From Candidatus Helarchaeota archaeon (GTDB lineage: Archaea > Asgardarchaeota > Lokiarchaeia > Helarchaeales > RDOG01), in contig JAHPZH010000002.1 of NCBI GenBank assembly GCA_019058315.1, positions 768,001 to 832,000 on the forward strand: DNA of 64,000 nucleotides, given 5' to 3'. This document shows positions 30,793-40,775 of the stretch, piece after piece. The notes beneath the pieces were generated by a model. That model worked only from the letters and a program-made list of their open reading frames with translations. It was not told where the DNA came from and searched no databases. Position numbers and translations under genes: made by a program. Each line of letters begins with the position of its first letter. Positions within the stretch are counted from its first letter, which is position 1.

Positions 30793-32373
30793 ATGAATGA
30801 AGATCCCTATGATATTGTGGTAATTGGAGCAGGTCCTGGTGGATACCCTGCTGCAATTCGCTCGGCACAATATAATGCAAAAGTTGCTTTAATTGAAAAA
30901 GACAAAGTGGGGGGTACGTGTTTAAATAGAGGGTGTATCCCAAGTAAAGTCCTTTATAGTGCTGCAAAACTAATAGACGATATTGAAGAGAAGACAAATA
31001 TCTTTGGAATCGAAATTACTGGAGAAATTAAACCAAATTTTGAAAAAGCTATTGAGAGAAAAAATCTAGTTGTAAAACAGCTAATAGAAGGTATTGAAGT
31101 TTTAATTCAACAAAGAAAAATTGATTTATTTTATGGTTATGGTAGTATTATTGGTGGGAATGTAAAGCAAGGATTTGATGTTAAAATAGAAGGTAAGGAT
31201 TCAAAACAAATAAAAGCAAGACGCATTATTTTAGCTACTGGCTCATCTCCTGGACTATTCCCTACCTTTAATATAGATCATGAACGAATTTTAACAAGTG
31301 ACGATATTTTAGAGCCAAATTTTAAAACTGTTCCAAAAACTATCTTAATAATTGGCGGTGGTGTCATCGGTTGTGAATTTGCATTCGTTTTTAGGAAATT
31401 CGGTTCAAAAGTAATTATGTTGGAAGCGCTACCAACTATTCTTTCTAAAGAAGAACCTTTGATTGTTCGGGAACTTAAGAAGAAATTCAAAACAATGGGT
31501 ATTGAAATTTATGAAAATCAAAAGGTTTTAAAAATTGAAAATACAGGTTTAGGAGTAAGAGCAACTACAATCAAAGGTAATGTTCCTATTGATCAAATTG
31601 ATTCAATAGAAAAAAGTATTTTTAAAGCCGATCTTTGTCTGATTTCAATTGGAAGGGCTTATGCTTCTAAGGGTCTTGGATTGGAAAATACAAAGGCCGA
31701 AATCAACCATGGGAAAATAATAGTAAATCCAAAAACATTAGAAACTTCAGAAAAAGGAATTTATGCTATTGGTGATGTTACTGGTGGCATAATGTTAGCC
31801 CATGTAGCAAGTTATGAAGGAGATGTTGCTGTTTTTAATGCTCTTACTAGTATAGGAGGGTTTGATACTTATGCTGTGGAGGCAGATTACTCGGTTGTCC
31901 CAGCTTCTATTTTCACGGCTTACGAAATCGGCTCTGTAGGATTTAAAACACAATATTTCAAAGATAGAAATATTAAAATTAGGACTGGTCGATTTGGTTA
32001 CGCAGCACTTGGGAAAGCTAAATGTATGAGTGAAGAAGAGGGATTCTTAATGATAAATACAGATGAACAAACAGAGGAGATACTAGGAGCATCTTGTATT
32101 GGTGTTTCAGCGCCCGAATTAATTTCAGAAATAGCACTTGCGATGAAAAATGGATTAACAATACTTGATATAACAAATACAATCCATAGTCATCCAACAG
32201 TATCAGAAATGGTAAAGGAAGCAGCGGCGGATGTTTATGGACTAGCAATACATCGAATAAAACCCCGTATTAAACAAAAAATTGACTTGAAAGAGGATAT
32301 GATCCAAAAATTCGCTAAGAGTGAAAAATTGAAAAAACATGGTCTTATTACATTGGAAATACCTGTTATATAA
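30793..32373 (+). CDS. lpdA: dihydrolipoyl dehydrogenase
   Basis: GAGPGGY, GGTCLNRGCIPSK, HSHPTVSE. Confidence 0.93.
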   Translation: MNEDPYDIVVIGAGPGGYPAAIRSAQYNAKVALIEKDKVGGTCLNRGCIPSKVLYSAAKLIDDIEEKTNIFGIEITGEIKPNFEKAIERKNLVVKQLIEGIEVLIQQRKIDLFYGYGSIIGGNVKQGFDVKIEGKDSKQIKARRIILATGSSPGLFPTFNIDHERILTSDDILEPNFKTVPKTILIIGGGVIGCEFAFVFRKFGSKVIMLEALPTILSKEEPLIVRELKKKFKTMGIEIYENQKVLKIENTGLGVRATTIKGNVPIDQIDSIEKSIFKADLCLISIGRAYASKGLGLENTKAEINHGKIIVNPKTLETSEKGIYAIGDVTGGIMLAHVASYEGDVAVFNALTSIGGFDTYAVEADYSVVPASIFTAYEIGSVGFKTQYFKDRNIKIRTGRFGYAALGKAKCMSEEEGFLMINTDEQTEEILGASCIGVSAPELISEIALAMKNGLTILDITNTIHSHPTVSEMVKEAAADVYGLAIHRIKPRIKQKIDLKEDMIQKFAKSEKLKKHGLITLEIPVI

Positions 32374-32407
32374 TGAATATTTCTATAATTACCAAGGACT
32401 GCCATAA

Positions 32408-33031
32408 TTATCTTAATTTTGGATATAACATTGGCACGTTTTTTTTATACTCCTCATAATCTTTACCAAATTCTTTAATTAATTCTCTCTCCTCCTTCCA
32501 AGCTGTTAAATAATTATATAAAATGATTAGAGGAGTAGAGAGTAAAGAAAACAATGATGATAATAAAATAGAAATGCCCAGATGGGATAAGATAGCACCA
32601 AAATACTGAGGATGTCTTATAAATGAATATATACCTGTCGTAACTACCTTTTCTGCCTTATGGGTTTCTGATACCTCTAAGGTGGTTTCTTTAACACCAA
32701 CTATTCCAAACCAAGCACCCAATAAGATTATTGGAATTGAAATAATAAGATGAACTAAAGGAATAGAATAATTTATGAATGGTATTATTATTATCAAATC
32801 TTGAAAAATAGGAACAGTAAATTTTGGTTGGGGTGAAATCCAAATACCAAATAAAAAAATAAAAAAACCCCATCCCGAAGCCATGCCAAGAATTTTAGTA
32901 ATTTTATCTCCCTTCTCTAAACCATATTTTTTTTGAAATTTTAAATGCTCAACTGATAAAAAGTGAATTGGTAATATTAAGAATATTCCAATAAGAAAAA
33001 TAAAAAACCAAATCCATTCCAATACTTTCAC
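32408..33031 (-). CDS. ICMT/PEMT family membrane methyltransferase
   Basis: VTTGIYSFIRHPQY, EERELIKEFG..Y..Y. Confidence 0.85.
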   Translation of the reverse strand: MKVLEWIWFFIFLIGIFLILPIHFLSVEHLKFQKKYGLEKGDKITKILGMASGWGFFIFLFGIWISPQPKFTVPIFQDLIIIIPFINYSIPLVHLIISIPIILLGAWFGIVGVKETTLEVSETHKAEKVVTTGIYSFIRHPQYFGAILSHLGISILLSSLFSLLSTPLIILYNYLTAWKEERELIKEFGKDYEEYKKNVPMLYPKLR

Positions 33032-33185
33032 CCACTAAAAACACAATTAATGAAGGAAAATTTATCTTTATTGGTTTAATTCTTCAAAAAATTATGCTTC
33101 TTTTATAGTTACATATTCAGTTGTTTTTTTTTTGTTTGAAATTGTTTAATATGTTAAATATTAATACGGTGCATTTATTACAGAA

Positions 33186-33347
33186 TTATGATATTTTTTG
33201 GAATCTATCCTTACCTACACCACATACCGGACATAACCAGTCATTGGGAAGATCCTCAAAGGGTGTTCCAAGGGCTATACCTTGAGTATCATCGCCAATC
33301 TCTGGATCATAAATATAACCACATTCTATACATTCATACTTATCCAT
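33186..33347 (-). CDS. rub: rubredoxin, 53 aa (absent from the ORF track)
   Basis: [19 protein letters not shown]...[20 protein letters not shown]; GGTGA SD. Confidence 0.95.
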   Translation of the reverse strand: MDKYECIECGYIYDPEIGDDTQGIALGTPFEDLPNDWLCPVCGVGKDRFQKIS

Positions 33348-33465
33348 AATTATTCACCAATTTTTTCAAATCGATGATCTATAAATATGAATATTCGATT
33401 AAAGTAATATCGATCGTTTTTTTTTAATTTTTACTTAAAATATAGAGCTTAAAGAGGAGCTTACT

Positions 33466-35127
33466 ATGATTAAAGATATTTTTACGTTTATAGTCGGAGG
33501 TAAAGCTGGTGAAGGAATCAGAAAAGCTGGTGCGGTTGCAGGAAAGATTTTTTCAAAGAAAAGACGTTATATTTTTATTATGGATGATTATCCGAGTCTT
33601 ATCAGAGGAGGTCACAATTTCTCCGTTGTCAGTACCTCTGTTAGGAAAGTTTCAAGCCATTATATGAAAGCTGACTTAATAGTTGCTCTAGATAAAAGAA
33701 GCTATGATAATCATATTAAAAATCTTTCAGACCAAGGTATTATTGTATATAATTCTGATGATGAATTAAAAGATGTTAAAGGCGTTGGTGTACCGTTAAA
33801 ATCCAACGCAAAAAAATATCCATTCAAAGATTTGATTCTAGGTGTCGGTGCAGTTGCAATCCTTGCAGCTGCGATAGGTATTGATAAAAATGAATTAGGA
33901 AAAATAATTAAAGATCAATATCCCACTGGTATTGAGGATAATATAGAATATGCTATTACAATATATGATATAGTTCATCCTGAAATTGGAGGGAAATATC
34001 AACTCGAAGAAGGAAATCAAGAATTACCATTTTTTACTGGAAATGAGTTGATTGCCCTTGGTGCGGCAGCAGCAGGATTAGATGTTTATTTTGCTTACCC
34101 TATGACTCCTTCAACATCCATTCTTCATTATTTAGCTTCAAACGATAGGGATCTTGGTATAACTGTTGTACAACCCGAAAATGAAATAGCAGTTATTAAC
34201 ATGGCAATAGGCTCTACTTTTACTGGAGCAAGAACAATGATTGCGAGTAGTGGTGGTGGTTTTGCTCTTATGCAAGAAGCTTTATCTCTTGCAGGCATGG
34301 TTGAATCACCGATTTTATGCATTATTTCATCTAGACCTGGACCATCAACAGGTGTTCCTACTTATACTGAACAAGCTGATCTATTTTTTGCTCTTAATCA
34401 AGGTCATGGAGAATTTCCAAAAATAGTTGCATCACCAGGTTCTGTTGAAGAAACATTTTATCTTACTGCTGAATTACTATATTTGGCTTGGCAGTTTCAA
34501 ACACCGGCATTATTACTTACTGAAAAACACATGTCCGAAAGTAGAATGTCTGTAAAAATCGATCCGGAAAAAGTCAAGTGGGCTGAACCCTTAATGCATA
34601 AAGAAGGAGAATATAAAAGATATATTGACACTAATTCAGGAGTTTCACCTTTATTATTCCCACTGACGAAGAATATAAATAAATGGAATAGTTATGAACA
34701 TGATGAACTTGGGTTTACAACAGAAAATGCTGCCATGATTTCTAAAATGCATATAAAACGAAGAAAAAAGTTGGATAGTATTAAAAAGTTTATGGAAAAA
34801 ATTCATACAGTTAATATATTTGGTGAAAAAGGCCCTGTTATCTTTACTTACGGATCTACTACAATGAGTGTATTAGAAGCTTGTAAAGTGGGTGATATTG
34901 AAGCTCAAGTGGTTCAACCAATCTATTTAAGACCATTTCCAATATGGGAACTTGAAAAATTTAAAAATGAACGTACAATATGTGTAGAACTTAATTCATT
35001 TGGGCAACTGGCTACTATTCTTAAAAATGAGATTGGTATTAAACCCATTGAAGTAATTAAGAAATTCGATGGAAGACCTTTTGATCCGATTGAGTTATCA
35101 AAAAGAATAAAGGAGGTAGTCAGATAA
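33466..35127 (+). CDS. korA: 2-oxoacid:ferredoxin oxidoreductase alpha subunit (gamma-alpha fusion)
   Basis: GGKAGEGI, IRGGH, AYPMTPST, RPGPSTGVPT. Confidence 0.92.
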   Translation: MIKDIFTFIVGGKAGEGIRKAGAVAGKIFSKKRRYIFIMDDYPSLIRGGHNFSVVSTSVRKVSSHYMKADLIVALDKRSYDNHIKNLSDQGIIVYNSDDELKDVKGVGVPLKSNAKKYPFKDLILGVGAVAILAAAIGIDKNELGKIIKDQYPTGIEDNIEYAITIYDIVHPEIGGKYQLEEGNQELPFFTGNELIALGAAAAGLDVYFAYPMTPSTSILHYLASNDRDLGITVVQPENEIAVINMAIGSTFTGARTMIASSGGGFALMQEALSLAGMVESPILCIISSRPGPSTGVPTYTEQADLFFALNQGHGEFPKIVASPGSVEETFYLTAELLYLAWQFQTPALLLTEKHMSESRMSVKIDPEKVKWAEPLMHKEGEYKRYIDTNSGVSPLLFPLTKNINKWNSYEHDELGFTTENAAMISKMHIKRRKKLDSIKKFMEKIHTVNIFGEKGPVIFTYGSTTMSVLEACKVGDIEAQVVQPIYLRPFPIWELEKFKNERTICVELNSFGQLATILKNEIGIKPIEVIKKFDGRPFDPIELSKRIKEVVR

Positions 35128-35963
35128 TGGAAAGTTTAGGAACTTATGTGGAAAATACTTGGTGTCCAGGTTGTGGAAACTTTGGGATTCTTAATGCTTT
35201 TAAAAAAGCAGTTATAGCTCTAGAAAACAAGGGAATATCAAAAGAAAAGATCATAATTTCAGCCGGAATTGGATGTCACGCTAAAATATTTGATTATTTA
35301 AATTTAAGTGGACTATATTCTATTCATGGTCGGTCTATGGCGACAATTCAGGGAATAAAACTTGCGAATCCGGATCTTAAAGTTGTTGCTTTTGCTGGTG
35401 ATGGAGATGCTTTTGGTGAAGGTATAGCACATATGATATTTGCAGCAAAAAGAAATGCTGATATAACTGTTATTGTTCACGATAATGGGCGTTATAGCTT
35501 AACAACAGGACAATATACCCCATTAACTGAAAAAGGGTATAAAGGACCTTCAACACCTAGAGGTACAGTAGAGGATCCTCTTAACCCTTTATCGCTCCTC
35601 ATAGAAGCTGGTGCGACTTTTGTGGCCAGAGGATATTCGGGAAAAATACAACATCTTACTGATTTAATAACTCAAGCAATAGAGCATGAAGGATTTTCGT
35701 TTATTAATGTACTTCAACCATGTATTACGTACAATAATACGTATAAGAAATATAATAAACTAGTTGAGATATTAGATGAAACTCCTGCCACTATAGAGGA
35801 AGCTATTGCAATTTCTAAAAGAAAAGATACATTACCAATTGGAATTATATACAAAACTAAAAAGACATCATTTCATAAAAGATTATACGGGGATTATAAT
35901 CCTGTTTTAAATCGTATGTCCCGAGAGGTTAAGTTAAAAACAATACTAAAGTTACTAAAATAA
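35127..35963 (+). CDS. korB: 2-oxoacid:ferredoxin oxidoreductase beta subunit
   Basis: WCPGCG, GIGC, GDGD TPP-binding motif, LQPC. Confidence 0.92.
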   Translation: MESLGTYVENTWCPGCGNFGILNAFKKAVIALENKGISKEKIIISAGIGCHAKIFDYLNLSGLYSIHGRSMATIQGIKLANPDLKVVAFAGDGDAFGEGIAHMIFAAKRNADITVIVHDNGRYSLTTGQYTPLTEKGYKGPSTPRGTVEDPLNPLSLLIEAGATFVARGYSGKIQHLTDLITQAIEHEGFSFINVLQPCITYNNTYKKYNKLVEILDETPATIEEAIAISKRKDTLPIGIIYKTKKTSFHKRLYGDYNPVLNRMSREVKLKTILKLLK

Positions 35964-36029
35964 GTATTTTCAAATCAAAATTTATTATTTTTTTATTATT
36001 TTGTTCTATAAAAATTACTCTTTTATAAT

Positions 36030-37094
36030 CTAGAGCCATTTCTTCTTTTTAAAATATATAAGCATTGAAATTGCTATAATTAATAACAGAATCAATATCA
36101 TGGGATAGCCTAAATCCCAGTTAAGTTCCGGCATATTAATAAAATTCATCCCATAAAGGCTTGTTATAAAAGTTAAAGGGATAAATATCGTTGCTATAAT
36201 AGTTAAAACCTTCATAATCTCGTTCATTCTGTTGCTTACACTAGAAAGATAAATATCAAGCATATTTGATAGCATATCTCGATAAATCTCTATTGTATCT
36301 ACAATTTGAATAATATGGTCATAAATATCTCTGTAATAGATTTCTGTATGTTCATGAATTAAAGGTGATTCTCTCCTTAATAAACGATTTATAATTTCTC
36401 TTAATGGCCAAATTGATTTTCTTAAGGTAATAAAATTATTCTTCAAATTATAGATTTCATTTAATGTTTTAGTAGTTGGCTTTTCTATCAACTCAACTTC
36501 TAAAATTTCTATTCTTTCTCCGAGTTTTTCCAATTTTTCAAAATAATCATCTATTATTATATCTAATAAAGAGTAGACAAGATAATCAGATTTCATCTTT
36601 CTAATTTGGCCCATTGCAGCTTGAATCCTCTCTGCAATAGGTATGAAAATTTCACTTTCTTTTTCTTTAAATGAAATTACTAAATTCGATCCAAAAATTA
36701 TACTAATTTGCTCTGTACTAAGTTCATTGGTGTTTTTCTCAAATTCTATCAGTTTTAAAATTATACAGATATAATTATCGAATAACTCAATTTTAGGTCG
36801 TTGGTTTACATTTAATATATCTTCTAGAACTAGTGGATGGATTTTATAAAATGAGCCGATTTTAGCAATTATTCCTAATTGTTGAAAGCCATCGATATTA
36901 ATCCAAGAAATTGATTTTTCATCTATAATAGTTGAATAGTCTTCTGGTGATTTTATTTCTTCTTCTAGAATTTTTTGTTCATTATATTTGATAAGATTGA
37001 TTTTTGTTGGTACTTCTATTCTTTCACCCGTATATTCCAAAGTACCTGGAAGAGAACTTGATTTTTTTTTTCTTCTTTTAAAAATATGGGACAT
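36030..37094 (-). CDS. corA: magnesium/cobalt transporter CorA
   Basis: YGMNF..MPEL signature, QRPKIE. Confidence 0.95.
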   Translation of the reverse strand: MSHIFKRRKKKSSSLPGTLEYTGERIEVPTKINLIKYNEQKILEEEIKSPEDYSTIIDEKSISWINIDGFQQLGIIAKIGSFYKIHPLVLEDILNVNQRPKIELFDNYICIILKLIEFEKNTNELSTEQISIIFGSNLVISFKEKESEIFIPIAERIQAAMGQIRKMKSDYLVYSLLDIIIDDYFEKLEKLGERIEILEVELIEKPTTKTLNEIYNLKNNFITLRKSIWPLREIINRLLRRESPLIHEHTEIYYRDIYDHIIQIVDTIEIYRDMLSNMLDIYLSSVSNRMNEIMKVLTIIATIFIPLTFITSLYGMNFINMPELNWDLGYPMILILLLIIAISMLIYFKKKKWL

Positions 37095-37291
37095 AGTTTA
37101 ACAGCCCTCATTATTTTATAATTTAAAGTTATAACATTATTTATTTTTTAAAATAAAATTATTAAATTTGTATAAAGTAGTTATCAGAAGTTTTTAATCT
37201 GTTCTAAGTATGGATAGCTACCTAATGTTTATTCTTTTAATGGCTAATATTAATTCCCTTCTTTAATATTTTTATCATTTAATCAGTATTA

Positions 37292-37340
37292 TACGAAAAA
37301 AAAGGTATTTTATCAAAATATATTCACTAATTCTTATAAA
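37292..37340 (+). promoter_or_regulatory. conserved operator/promoter copy C (TACG-N8-GGTA, TATA box CTTATAAA at 37333)
   Basis: TACGAAAAAAAAGGTATTTTATCAAAATATATTCACTAATTCTTATAAA. Confidence 0.75.
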
Positions 37341-37384
37341 TTTCTTTTCATTTTAAAAAATACAACCTTTGGAGATGAATATTA

Positions 37385-38203
37385 TTGGCTGATATATTAA
37401 TAACAATTCTTGTCATTTGTATTATAGTTGGTTCCTTTTTTTTAATTTGGATTCTTTTAGGGTTTAGAGTCGTCAAAGAATGGGAAAAAGCCCCATTATT
37501 GAAATTTGGTCGATATAAAGGACTTAAAGGTCCAGGATTGATTTGGTATCTTAGAGGAATATTTTCAATACCTATGATTATTTCTACTAGAATTTTAACT
37601 TATACATTTAGAAGTGAGCAGACATTGACAAAGGACAATGTTAGTGTGAGTGTGGATGCAATAATGTATTTCAAGGTAATAGATCCTGAAAGTGTCATAT
37701 TGAAAGTTGAAAATTATATAACAGCAACCCAATGGGCCGCACAAACGACATTGAGAGAAGTTATGGGAAAAGTTGAATTAAACGAGCTCCTAAGTGAAAG
37801 AGATCAAATAAGTAAACATTTACAAGAGATTATCGATGAAAAAACAGAGGCATGGGGCATTAAAGTAACCAGTGTAGAAGTTAGAGACGTGAATTTATCT
37901 CAAAGCTTAATTGATGCAATGGCTAGACAAGCAGAAGCTGAGAGAGAACGTAAAGCAAGGGTTACTTTAGCAACAGCAGAGGCAGAAGCATCATTTAAAA
38001 TGATCGAGGCAGGTAAAAGATATAAGAGTGATCCTATTGCAATGGAGTTAAGATGGATGAACCTTTTATATGAAGCTGCCTCTCAAGGCAAAAGTACAAT
38101 TATCGTAATTCCTGCAAATGTTCCTACTGCAGGAATATCTGCCGTTTTAGGACCTTATGGAATCCAAAAAATAGTTGAAGAACAGCAAAAAAAGAAAGAT
38201 TAA
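37385..38203 (+). CDS. stomatin/slipin-like SPFH protein
   Basis: TKDNV, AQTTLR, WGIKVTSVE, AMARQAEAERERKA. Confidence 0.92.
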   Translation: MADILITILVICIIVGSFFLIWILLGFRVVKEWEKAPLLKFGRYKGLKGPGLIWYLRGIFSIPMIISTRILTYTFRSEQTLTKDNVSVSVDAIMYFKVIDPESVILKVENYITATQWAAQTTLREVMGKVELNELLSERDQISKHLQEIIDEKTEAWGIKVTSVEVRDVNLSQSLIDAMARQAEAERERKARVTLATAEAEASFKMIEAGKRYKSDPIAMELRWMNLLYEAASQGKSTIIVIPANVPTAGISAVLGPYGIQKIVEEQQKKKD

Positions 38204-38226
38204 GAATTTGAAGAATAATAAAAAAA

Positions 38227-38997
38227 ATGGAATTAAGAATTATGAGAAAATGGTTAATTTTTTTTGGAATTGTACATTGGGCAGTATTCGGATTCTTAAT
38301 TTATTACTTTTTATTTGTTCTGGAGATAAGCTGGGTATGGGTCCTAATCGGAATCTTGATTTATGTTCTATTTTTCATCTTTGTATTAGTAAGGATAATT
38401 AGACATTATTATCATTTTCCAATTCCATCTTTTATGACAAGGATTATTGACAACCCACTTCGCAGAAAATTCGTACAAAAACCAGATCTAATTGCGGAAC
38501 GAATGGGGCTTAAAGATGGAATGACTGTTGTCGAAATTGGACCAGGTAAGGGGTCCTATACAAAAGCTGTAGCAAAAAGAATTCTTCCTAATGGAAAAGT
38601 ATATGCAGTCGATATTTCTGAAAAGGTAATTGAAAATTTGAAAAAAAGAATTGAAAAGGAAGATATTACGAATATAATTCCCAAAATTGATGATGCATAC
38701 AATTTTACCTTTGCTGATGAAAGTGTAGATCGAGTATTTGCAATTGCTTGTTTGCCTGAAATCCCTGAACCAGTTAAAGTTCTTCGTGAATGCCGCCGAA
38801 TTTTAAAACCTGATGGTTTAGTATGTCTCTCTGAATTATTTATAGATCCAGATTATCCTCGTCGTAAAACAGAAAAACGATGGGCAAGTGAAGCCCAATT
38901 GGAGTTAAAACAGGAATTTGGAAATTGGGTTAGTTATCAACTCAATTTTGGAAAAAAATCAAAATCGAATAATGAAAAAATAATCTTAAATGACTGA
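38227..38997 (+). CDS. membrane-anchored class I SAM-dependent methyltransferase
   Basis: 2 N-terminal TM, VEIGPGKG, LKPDG. Confidence 0.85.
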   Translation: MELRIMRKWLIFFGIVHWAVFGFLIYYFLFVLEISWVWVLIGILIYVLFFIFVLVRIIRHYYHFPIPSFMTRIIDNPLRRKFVQKPDLIAERMGLKDGMTVVEIGPGKGSYTKAVAKRILPNGKVYAVDISEKVIENLKKRIEKEDITNIIPKIDDAYNFTFADESVDRVFAIACLPEIPEPVKVLRECRRILKPDGLVCLSELFIDPDYPRRKTEKRWASEAQLELKQEFGNWVSYQLNFGKKSKSNNEKIILND

Positions 38998-39054
38998 ATA
39001 TTAGGTATTTTAATATTTATTATTTAAAAAAAAGAAGATAATGGAATTTAGGTA

Positions 39055-39579
39055 ATGAAAATGGTAAAAAATTCAATTAGTTTTGATTTTGTGGAAAAAC
39101 AAATTCGAAAGAAGACTTTTGGAATTCTTACCACAATTAGTCCAAAAGGCAGAGCACAATCAACAGGGATTCTATATGGAGTTTCACCACCCAATTCTAA
39201 ATTCTCTCTATATTTGCTTACATCTAAGGATTATAAGAAGGTTGAAAATATCCAAAACAATCCTTATATTTCATTTTTTATTCCATTTCCACATTATTTC
39301 TTGCGTTTTGTCCCTGCATCATATGTTTCTTTTCAGGGAAAGGCTGAAATCATCCCACATGACGATCCTGAAGGATTAAAAGCTTTTAGTCAAAAAAGAA
39401 TTCTTAAGATGAATTTAGAACAAGTCAAGCAACCAGATATGAAAGGAAAACTGGTAATCATTAAACTCAAACCAAATAGAAAACTAATTTGTTATGGTCT
39501 TGGTTTAAGTCTAATGAAAATGCGTAAAGAACCCGAAATTGGTAGTTATACGGTCAATGTTCCCCCAGAAAGACTTTAA
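39055..39579 (+). CDS. pyridoxamine 5'-phosphate oxidase-like (FMN/F420-binding split barrel) protein
   Basis: GILTTI...G, KVENIQNNPYIS, FQGKAEI. Confidence 0.75.
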   Translation: MKMVKNSISFDFVEKQIRKKTFGILTTISPKGRAQSTGILYGVSPPNSKFSLYLLTSKDYKKVENIQNNPYISFFIPFPHYFLRFVPASYVSFQGKAEIIPHDDPEGLKAFSQKRILKMNLEQVKQPDMKGKLVIIKLKPNRKLICYGLGLSLMKMRKEPEIGSYTVNVPPERL

Positions 39580-39606
39580 TCACTCTAAATAGCGGAGGAA
39601 TTTAAT

Positions 39607-40767
39607 ATGTTAACAGAAATATTATTTCTTATCGCCGTTGGCGTAATGACTTTTTCAGTTTACTTTTTTGCTAAAGCCGCACTAAAAACCAGAAAATCAT
39701 TACCTTTAATTTATAAATTTATGATTGGCTTTTTAGTTATTAATGCTTTTACAATCGATTATGCATTTGCATATTTTTTTCTTTATTTAAATTATTTTAC
39801 ACCAGAAATATTCGTAACTTATCGATTCTTTTTTGAAATATTAATGGGTGTCGTTGGTTTCTATATTTTCTTCGACTCTAGGTTCAGAAAAATTAAATAT
39901 AACTATTTAAGTAAATTTCTCATTATTTTATTTGCTGTTGTCATTGGTGAAGCTTATTTAATCTATTTTTCCCAAACCCCCTTTCTTTTTAATGATATCG
40001 ACTTTTTTAAATTATTATTTGACTTTTATAACAATCATCCTATGTTATTCATAATTTTCGGATTACAAAAACTATATTCATTTATAGGTATTGTGATATT
40101 TTCTCTAAATATTTGTTTTATTGTATTAAAAAATAAAATTTATTCATTGAAGGCAAAAATACTTCTCACAATTGGGATTTTAACATTTATAGATATCCTT
40201 TTTACTATTCCAGTATGGGAAGCGTTCACTGGTGAAATCAATTTGGTATATATTCTTTGGATTTTTTGCTATTTCTTCATAATTTTCGCCAGATTAACAA
40301 AAATCAACTTTAAAGCAATTTCAGGAATACATGAAATTTTGATAACCTACAATGATGGAAGATTACTATATAATACAGGAAATGAACAGCTGGATCCTTT
40401 TTTAATAACTGGAGCATTATCTGCAATAATTTGTTTTTTGAAAGAAACTTTGCATAGCAAAAAGAAGGTGCGTTCAATTGATCATCAAGATAAAAAGATT
40501 CTATTCTCATATGGTGAATTCATTATTACAAGTGTAATTACCGATGAAGATACACATATTGTATATAATAAAGTGGAACAACTCACACATGACTTTGAAA
40601 AACAATTTTATGGTGTTTTAAAACATTGGAATGGGGAATTAACCACATTTTCTTCAGCTTGGTTCATTATTGATAATATTTTTCCAGTCAGTGGGTGGAT
40701 GCACAAAAAATCAGTTGAAGAATTCAAGGATAGCATTTTAAATAAAATTAAACAAATTGAAAAATAG
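39607..40767 (+). CDS. multi-pass membrane protein with C-terminal longin-like domain
   Basis: About 7 TM, then ILITYNDGRLLY / LITGALSAI / IDHQDKKILFSYG / WNGE pattern. Confidence 0.65.
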   Translation: MLTEILFLIAVGVMTFSVYFFAKAALKTRKSLPLIYKFMIGFLVINAFTIDYAFAYFFLYLNYFTPEIFVTYRFFFEILMGVVGFYIFFDSRFRKIKYNYLSKFLIILFAVVIGEAYLIYFSQTPFLFNDIDFFKLLFDFYNNHPMLFIIFGLQKLYSFIGIVIFSLNICFIVLKNKIYSLKAKILLTIGILTFIDILFTIPVWEAFTGEINLVYILWIFCYFFIIFARLTKINFKAISGIHEILITYNDGRLLYNTGNEQLDPFLITGALSAIICFLKETLHSKKKVRSIDHQDKKILFSYGEFIITSVITDEDTHIVYNKVEQLTHDFEKQFYGVLKHWNGELTTFSSAWFIIDNIFPVSGWMHKKSVEEFKDSILNKIKQIEK

Positions 40768-40775
40768 TTGGAGAG

